Source of the DNA: Clostridia bacterium
GTDB lineage: Bacteria; Bacillota; Clostridia; Oscillospirales; CAG-272
Length of the DNA stretch: 64,000 bases
Direction: 5' to 3'
Assembly (NCBI GenBank): GCA_017446155.1
Contig: JAFSRI010000053.1
Coordinates: forward strand, 170,830-234,829
A program made the position numbers and the translations under genes. The notes below the pieces were generated by a model. The model saw only the letters and a program-made list of their open reading frames with translations, was not told the DNA's origin and searched no databases. Shown one piece after another: positions 58,356-64,000 of the stretch. Within the stretch, counting starts at the first letter, position 1. Every line of letters starts with the position of its first letter.

Positions 58356-59075
58356 TTATTTTAAGACAAGTTCAACAAGCGGGCAAAGCCCTATCGGAAG
58401 AAAAATGGCGGGAATAAAATTCATTATTTTTATTTTCGTTATGCCGAGCATGTTGAACGCCAACATAATGATGAGCAGCGATCCGACAGCCGACATTTCC
58501 GTTACAACGGTTGCCGAAAGCAGGGGTGAGATCAGCTTTGCGAGAAGTACAAGCGACCCCTCGTAGATGAAAAGGGAAGCGGTGGAAAGCAGTATTCCCG
58601 CGCCGTATGCCGCAACGAAAACAACGGTAGACACAAGGTCGATAATGGCTTTTGCGATAAGCGTGGAATTGTCGCCTTTTATTCCCGCGTCAAGCGAGCC
58701 GACGACGCCCATGGCGCCGACGCAAAGGATCAGTGTTCCCGAAACGAAAGATAGGGCGAGAGTTGACTTTCCATCGGGATTTTTGACGAGTTTCCTTTCA
58801 AGAAACTTGCCGAGACGCATTATCTTTCCGTCTATATCTATCGCCGTTCCGATTATCGCGCCGAGCACTGTCGCCACTATCATCACTATCAACTTCTCAC
58901 CGGTTTTAAAATCGGCAGTGTTTTCAAGCGCGCCTGAAACGCCTATGTAAAGAATACACAAGGCGAGCGCTATCGTCAACACGTCGCCGAGTTTTTTCGA
59001 TATGAATTTTTTAAGTATGAGTCCGAGCGCGACGCCGACGATGACCGCCGCGCAATTTATAATTACACCAAGCAT
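58356..59075 (-). CDS. DUF554 family membrane protein
   Basis: 239 aa polytopic protein. The N-terminus MLGVIINCAAVIVGVALG is typical of the YdfK/DUF554 family. Confidence 0.7.
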   Translation of the reverse strand: MLGVIINCAAVIVGVALGLILKKFISKKLGDVLTIALALCILYIGVSGALENTADFKTGEKLIVMIVATVLGAIIGTAIDIDGKIMRLGKFLERKLVKNPDGKSTLALSFVSGTLILCVGAMGVVGSLDAGIKGDNSTLIAKAIIDLVSTVVFVAAYGAGILLSTASLFIYEGSLVLLAKLISPLLSATVVTEMSAVGSLLIIMLAFNMLGITKIKIMNFIPAIFLPIGLCPLVELVLK

Positions 59076-59266
59076 TGTGTCTTCTTCCTGAAAAAGCAGT
59101 AATTAGATTATATCACAACTCTCAGTGCACTTCAACAACTTCAAAAATTTACCTAAAAATTGGCTTCGGGCGTTTGACAAAACGCAAAAAATACGAAAAA
59201 ATATGCGTTTTAAGCAAAAAACGCGTGGCGTCAAACGTCGTGAAAACTTTGCTGAACTTTTGTGAA

Positions 59267-59303
59267 TAAAAAAATTCTCCCTTGCCGTAAAAGTAAGGGA
59301 GAA
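59267..59303 (-). terminator. Rho-independent terminator after the HMA gene
   Basis: ttctccctt / aagggagaa hairpin, with a U-run on the minus strand (plus-strand A-run 59267-59274). Confidence 0.8.
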
Positions 59304-59316
59304 AGTTTTTGAAATG

Positions 59317-59574
59317 TCATTTCTTACCGAAGAGAAAAAAACCTTTTTTTTGATAAGGCTCGCTTGTTATGCCAAGCAGTGTATAGCCGGTTGCATTTAT
59401 TGTTTCGGTAAGTTTCCCCTCGTCGAGCGGTTCATCTGAGAGTATCTCGGCTTTGCCCTTTGTGTGCGACGAGGTTACCTTTTTTACGTTGAAATCGCGG
59501 CGGATGGCGTCATTTATGTGCGCTTCGCACATTCCGCACATCATGCCGTCTATGTTTACGGTCGTTTTTATCAT
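59317..59574 (-). CDS. Heavy-metal-associated (HMA) domain protein
   Basis: 85 aa with metal-binding motif GMMCGMCEAH. Confidence 0.8.
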   Translation of the reverse strand: MIKTTVNIDGMMCGMCEAHINDAIRRDFNVKKVTSSHTKGKAEILSDEPLDEGKLTETINATGYTLLGITSEPYQKKGFFLFGKK

Positions 59575-59635
59575 ACGAGCTCCTTTCTTTGATATGATTT
59601 AGGGGAGGCGTTTTCCGCGCCTCCCCGAAAAAAGA

Positions 59636-59806
59636 TTACTGCTTGTGGCACGAGCCTCGCATGGCGCAATTTGCACAACCGCACCCGCACGACGTCTTGC
59701 CTTTTTTCTTGCTTTTAACAAGATTTACGATAACGGCGGCTACGATAGCGATCAAAACGGCGCTGATAATTATCGTAGCGGCGTTAGATATGATCCATTC
59801 AAACAT
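59636..59806 (-). CDS. FeoB-associated Cys-rich small membrane protein (unlisted ORF)
   Basis: 56 aa: MFEWIISNAATIIISAVLIAIVAAVIVNLVKSKKKGKTSCGCGCANCAMRGSCHKQ. It has one TM helix and a Cys-rich tail. It lies directly downstream of feoB and has a GAGGTGG RBS. Confidence 0.75.
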   Translation of the reverse strand: MFEWIISNAATIIISAVLIAIVAAVIVNLVKSKKKGKTSCGCGCANCAMRGSCHKQ

Positions 59807-59830
59807 TTGTGCCACCTCTTTTCAAATAGT

Positions 59831-62359
59831 TTATTTTGCGGCCTTTTCTTTTGCCGCTATTTTGTCCGCGTCTTTGCTTGTCAGCTTTGTTGCGTCCTTA
59901 TACGGACGGAAGAGCATATATCCCATTCCGCCGAGAACAAGGATAGCGACGATGAAGCCGATAACATGAATGTTGCCTGTGAACACGGAACCGATTTGAT
60001 ATATCATAAGCGAGATCGCGTATGCAAAGATCGTCTGATAACCGATAGCAAACCATGTCCACTTCGGGCTGTTCATTTCACGCTTGATAGCGCCGATAGC
60101 CGCGAAGCACGGAGCGCAGAGAAGGTTGAATACAAGGAAAGAATATCCGGCGATGCCTGTAAACGCTGCGGCGAGATTCTGCCATACGGTAGCTTCGCCC
60201 ACGCCGTAGAGAATACCCATTGTGCCTACGATATTTTCTTTTGCAACAAGACCGGTGATGGATGCGACTGTCGCTTGCCATGTTCCCCAACCGAGAGGAG
60301 CGAATATCCAAGCGATAGCTCCGCCGACCTTGGCGAGTATGCTCATGTCGATCTCGTCCTCAGAGAGCATTCTGAACCCGTCGGGTGTGAAGCCGAAGAA
60401 CGAGAGGAACCAAATGACGATTGTTGAAAGAAGGATGACCGTGCCGGCTTTCTTGATGAACGACCAGCCGCGTTCCCACATGCTGCGGAGAACATTCGAC
60501 GGAGTCGGCCAGTGATAAGCGGGAAGCTCCATAACGAACGGAGCGGGGTCTCCGGAGAACATCTTTGTCTTTTTGAGCATGATGCCGGAGATGATGATTG
60601 CCGCCATACCGATGAAGTATGCCGAAACGGCAACGATCGGGGACTTTCCGAATATTGCGCCGGCTATCATTGCGATGAACGGAACTTTTGCTCCGCAGGG
60701 GATAAACGTCGTTGTCATTATCGTCATACGGCGGTCGCGTTCGTTTTCGATGGTACGCGAAGCCATAATGCCGGGGATGCCGCATCCTGTTCCGATGAGT
60801 ATCGGTATAAACGATTTGCCGGAAAGACCGAATTTGCGGAATACTCTGTCCATAACAAACGCAACGCGCGCCATATATCCGCACGCTTCAAGGAAAGCGA
60901 GGAGGATGAAGAGGACGAGCATTTGAGGCACAAATCCGAGAACGGCGCCTACGCCCGCGACTATACCGTCAAGGATAAGACCTTTGAGCCAGTCGGCGGT
61001 GTTTATTGCGTCGAGTCCTTTTTCAACGAGAACGGGGACGCCGGGAACCCAAATGCCGTAGTCGGCGGGATCGGGTGCGTCAAAGTCGTTTTCTTCAAAA
61101 TAAGCGAGCGCGTCTTTGTAAGAAACGCCCAGTATGCCCTTTTCTTCGAGCTCATCGTCGCTCATTTCGGGCACTTCGTCGTAGTAAACGGTGTATTCTG
61201 TATCTTCAAGCGTTTCTTCGTCGATGACGACGACGGTGGAAGTTTTTTCGCCCGTCGTTGCTCTCATTGCTTCAAGCGCCGCATCGGCGTCGAAGTCTTC
61301 GGCTTCGGGGTCGAGCTCATAGAAAGCGTTAATCGCATTGAGAGCGTCGGTATATTCGTCGTTTACCTCTTCGTATGCTTTCGAGCCTATGCCGAGCAGA
61401 TGCCAGCCGTCGCCGAACAGGCCGTCGTTTGTCCAGTCGGTAGCCCACGCGCCTACTGTTACCATTGCTATGTAATAAACAAGGAACATAACCGCTGCGA
61501 ATATCGGAAGACCGAGCCAACGGTTTGTAACTACCTTGTCGATTTTGTCGGACGTCGAAAGGGAACCGACGTTTTTCTTTTTGTAGCACGTTTTTATCAC
61601 CGTGCCGATATAAACGTATCTTTCGTTTGTTATAATCGATTCCGCGTCGTCGTCAAGTTCGGTTTCCGCGGCTACGATGTCTTTTTCGATGTGTTCAAGC
61701 GTTGACTTGTCGAGGTTGAGCTGGGCGAGAATTTTTTCGTCGCGCTCGAAGATCTTTATCGCATACCATCTTTGCTGCTCTTCGGGCAGATCATGCACCG
61801 CCGCTTCCTCTATGTGCGCGATAGCGTGTTCGACCACGCCGGAGAACGTGTGCTGCGGAACGGTTTTTGCGATTTCCGCGGCTTCTATCGCGGCTTCTGC
61901 CGCTTCCATAACGCCCGTGCCTTTAAGCGCCGATATTTCGACTACTTTGCATCCGAGCTGTCTTGAAAGTTCGGCAACGTTGATTTTGTCTCCGTTTTTG
62001 TTTACGATGTCCGTCATGTTGATTGCAACAACAACCGGGATACCGAGCTCCGTAAGCTGAGTTGTGAGGTAAAGGTTTCTTTCAAGGTTCGTGCCGTCTA
62101 CGATATTGAGTATCGCGTTCGGACGCTCGTTTATAAGATAATTTCTTGCCACCACTTCTTCAAGCGTGTACGGGGAAAGGGAATAAATGCCGGGAAGGTC
62201 GGCTATAACCACACCGTCGTGTTTTTTCAGCTTGCCTTCCTTTTTCTCAACAGTAACGCCGGGCCAGTTTCCTACGAACTGGTTGGAACCTGTGAGAGCG
62301 TTAAACAGCGTTGTTTTACCGCTGTTCGGGTTGCCCGCAAGGGCGATTCTTAATTCCAT
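59831..62359 (-). CDS. feoB: Ferrous iron transport protein B
   Basis: N-terminal G-domain (GNPNSGKTTLFN, DLPG) and polytopic gate domains. At 842 aa it carries a large acidic insertion between the early TM segments. Confidence 0.95.
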   Translation of the reverse strand: MELRIALAGNPNSGKTTLFNALTGSNQFVGNWPGVTVEKKEGKLKKHDGVVIADLPGIYSLSPYTLEEVVARNYLINERPNAILNIVDGTNLERNLYLTTQLTELGIPVVVAINMTDIVNKNGDKINVAELSRQLGCKVVEISALKGTGVMEAAEAAIEAAEIAKTVPQHTFSGVVEHAIAHIEEAAVHDLPEEQQRWYAIKIFERDEKILAQLNLDKSTLEHIEKDIVAAETELDDDAESIITNERYVYIGTVIKTCYKKKNVGSLSTSDKIDKVVTNRWLGLPIFAAVMFLVYYIAMVTVGAWATDWTNDGLFGDGWHLLGIGSKAYEEVNDEYTDALNAINAFYELDPEAEDFDADAALEAMRATTGEKTSTVVVIDEETLEDTEYTVYYDEVPEMSDDELEEKGILGVSYKDALAYFEENDFDAPDPADYGIWVPGVPVLVEKGLDAINTADWLKGLILDGIVAGVGAVLGFVPQMLVLFILLAFLEACGYMARVAFVMDRVFRKFGLSGKSFIPILIGTGCGIPGIMASRTIENERDRRMTIMTTTFIPCGAKVPFIAMIAGAIFGKSPIVAVSAYFIGMAAIIISGIMLKKTKMFSGDPAPFVMELPAYHWPTPSNVLRSMWERGWSFIKKAGTVILLSTIVIWFLSFFGFTPDGFRMLSEDEIDMSILAKVGGAIAWIFAPLGWGTWQATVASITGLVAKENIVGTMGILYGVGEATVWQNLAAAFTGIAGYSFLVFNLLCAPCFAAIGAIKREMNSPKWTWFAIGYQTIFAYAISLMIYQIGSVFTGNIHVIGFIVAILVLGGMGYMLFRPYKDATKLTSKDADKIAAKEKAAK

Positions 62360-62442
62360 ATGATTGTTCCTTTCTTTGCCGTTTGTTTGCCTACGCTAAC
62401 AAACGACCAAAAATTTTGAGGCGTTCGCCTCGCCGTTTGAAA

Positions 62443-62664
62443 TTACTCGACTTCCACCATTTCGGCGTCCGCCTTACGTACCGAAAGCTCATATCCTCTT
62501 ACGGTGATCTCCACGGGATCTCCGAGCGGGGCTACCTTGCGAACGAAAATTTCAACGCCCTTCGTTATGCCCATGTCCATGATGCGGCGCTTTACGGCGC
62601 CTTCGCCGTGAAGTTTGACAACTTTAACGGTGCTTCCGATTTTTGCATCTCTTAACGTGTTCAT
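62443..62664 (-). CDS. feoA: FeoA family protein
   Basis: 73 aa SH3-like FeoA (RRIMDMGITKGVEI). Confidence 0.9.
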   Translation of the reverse strand: MNTLRDAKIGSTVKVVKLHGEGAVKRRIMDMGITKGVEIFVRKVAPLGDPVEITVRGYELSVRKADAEMVEVE

Positions 62665-62692
62665 GCTTTCCTCCTTAGTAGTATAAAGATCA

Positions 62693-62905
62693 TTAAACCA
62701 TGATCTTCTGCGCCATTTCAGAGCTTATCGCTATCCGCGAATCTTTTATGTTCACAATAACGTTGCCGTTCGTTTGAGTTACGACCGTAACTATCCCGCC
62801 GACTACAAACCCCAAGTCTTCCAAATGCTTTTTAACATCGGGCTTTCCGCCTATGCGTTTTATTACGAGCTCCTCGCCCTCGCTTGCAAAATTAAGTGGT
62901 ATCAT
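62693..62905 (-). CDS. feoA: FeoA family protein
   Basis: 70 aa FeoA-like (KKHLEDLGFVVGGIV). The start at 62905 follows GAGAGGA. Confidence 0.85.
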   Translation of the reverse strand: MIPLNFASEGEELVIKRIGGKPDVKKHLEDLGFVVGGIVTVVTQTNGNVIVNIKDSRIAISSEMAQKIMV

Positions 62906-62984
62906 TTTAAATTCCTCTCTTGCCCGCACATAAATGCGGACGTTGATATTGATAAACGTTGATTAGCGCTTGCTAACTATGAAT

Positions 62985-63013
62985 ATTATAGTTACCTTAT
63001 GCTAACTTGTCAA
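62985..63013 (-). promoter_or_regulatory. Consensus sigma-A promoter of the feo operon with overlapping repeats
   Basis: Minus strand reads TTGACA (63013-63008), 17 nt spacer, TATAAT (62990-62985). Repeats and palindromes overlap it; see the findings. Confidence 0.75.
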
Positions 63014-63427
63014 TAGTTTTGTAAAAAAATATACGAAAAAACGTCATTTTTTACGGATTGCATTCAGCCGAAAACAGAAAAAATATCAAAATTTGCCAAC
63101 ATAATTTGTTATAGGATCAAAAAGCTCCACAAAAAGGGTGGCAGCTTGCAAATCGTCTGTTATTATTCTGACTGTTTTGTAAAGAACATAGTACACCTCA
63201 AAGAGGGGCGGCGTTCCGATTTTTCTCTTTACACCCGCCGTGAAAAAAACGACAACTGCTCTGAGGCAAATATTATCGGTTTAAGCGATCCCAAGAGCGG
63301 ATGTTGCGCAAACGAAAGAACGGGTAAGCAAAAAAATTGCCGGCGGGTATTTTTTATGAGTGGAGAGCGGATAAACGGCAGAACATAAAGTATAATGATA
63401 AAAAAATCGGGCAAAGAGAAAAAAATG

Positions 63428-63456
63428 TTGCATTAGTGAAAAAACCGTGATATAAT
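63428..63456 (+). promoter_or_regulatory. Promoter of the SRP RNA gene
   Basis: TTGCAT, 17 nt spacer, TATAAT. Confidence 0.75.
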
Positions 63457-63476
63457 AACAAAGCGAGATATGAAAT

Positions 63477-63750
63477 CAGACCATGCCGGCCGGGGAGTCA
63501 GCGGTGCCTTGTAACCCGCAATCCGCTACAGCGGGGGCAAATACGTCAATGAGGTATGTTTTTGGGTGGTCTGCGTTGCATCACCCGTGCGTTGAAGGAT
63601 GGGTCTTGCGCAATTCGATGCCGTGAATCATGTCAGGCGGGGGACCGAGCAGCATTAAGCGGATTTTCGGATGTGCCGCGAGGCTGCCTGTCCCGAGTGC
63701 GGAATGTAACGGCGCATGTAAACGCATATCGAAGGGCGGTGCATGGTCTG
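63477..63750 (+). ncRNA. ffs: Signal recognition particle RNA, large Bacillus type with Alu domain
   Basis: The terminal helix pairs CAGACCAUGC (63477-63486) with GCAUGGUCUG (63741-63750). The Alu-domain sequence GGUGCCUUGUAACCCGCAAUCCGC is present. The helix 8 region GUCAGGCGGGGGACCGAGCAGC and UGUGCCGCGAGGCUGCCUG match my recollection of B. subtilis scRNA. It has the classic position upstream of dnaX. Confidence 0.9.
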
Positions 63751-63863
63751 ATTTTGTATCCCGCGATTTTTATAAATCAACAGGCGTCTTGTATAATGTT
63801 CATACGAGAAAGTCTGTCGGAATTTACAGAGAGTTTTATTATTTTGAAACGGAGGAGATAGAC

Positions 63864-64000
63864 ATGTATCAGGCGCTGTACAGAAAGTGGCGGCCGTCAA
63901 CGTTTGACGACGTTGTCGGACAAGAGCATATAACAAGCATCCTCCGAAGCGAAATAGCCGGCGGGCGCATTTCGCACGCATATCTTTTCTGCGGACCGAG
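63864..64000 (+). CDS. dnaX: DNA polymerase III subunit gamma/tau (5' partial, runs off the window)
   Basis: MYQALYRKWRPSTFDDVVGQEHITSILRSEIAGGRISHAYLFCGP. GGAGGAG RBS at 63851-63857. Confidence 0.9.
   Translation, partial: MYQALYRKWRPSTFDDVVGQEHITSILRSEIAGGRISHAYLFCGP

Noticed and set aside
63146-63414. ORFs of 80 and 61 aa and a possible small H-type pseudoknot in the 540-bp spacer between the feo promoter and the SRP RNA. The pseudoknot would pair AAAGAG/CUCUUU at 63200-63230, interleaved with GGCGG/CCGCC at 63207-63239.
   Set aside because: The ORFs lack RBS and domain signal. The pseudoknot stems are only 5-6 bp, no gene lies downstream to regulate, and I recognise no match to known small riboswitch classes. 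This is too weak to report as a feature.
1-64000. Search by eye for CRISPR arrays, tRNA or rRNA genes, transposases, integrases, and prophage or defence-system genes.
   Set aside because: I saw no regularly spaced direct repeats, no cloverleaf candidates, and no nuclease, helicase, recombinase or other defence-type ORFs. The window appears to be core chromosome plus carbohydrate-accessory genes.

Overview
This 64 kb window looks like chromosomal DNA from a Firmicutes/Clostridia-type organism. The evidence is GGAGG-type Shine-Dalgarno sites, a T-box leader, a purine riboswitch, and a large Bacillus-type SRP RNA followed directly by dnaX. I found no rRNA, tRNA, CRISPR array, transposase, integrase or phage gene. 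The content falls into five groups. (1) Housekeeping and salvage genes: MATE efflux, cyclophilin, guaA, pepT, mtnN, asd, tdh-kbl and T-box-regulated thrS. (2) A minus-strand operon controlled by a guanine-type riboswitch: xpt, a BMP-family nucleoside ABC transporter, and a translationally coupled ThyX-fold protein that lacks the canonical ThyX motif. (3) A tRNA-related operon: AlaX-like, MnmM/YtqB-like and DUF523/TudS-like. (4) A large carbohydrate region. It holds two paralogous polytopic membrane proteins and a tightly coupled TIM-barrel/TIM-barrel/Gfo-Idh-MocA trio. It also holds a plus-strand row of enzymes without signal peptides (GH31, xylA, GH3, xylB, SGNH esterase, GNAT, GH29) and a minus-strand set (barrel-like protein, BNR/sialidase-like, GmhA-like SIS, SGNH). 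GH27 lies further on. (5) A feoA-feoA-feoB locus with a Cys-rich small protein and an HMA protein. The most unusual signal is non-coding. Two ~120-nt, very GC-rich elements flank the GH31 gene at 35625-35743 and 38473-38592. Their primary sequences are largely different, but both fold into the same four-helix-junction layout. A third structured element follows kbl at 21064-21188. All functional readings of these elements and of the unusual operons are inferences that need homology searches and experiments.
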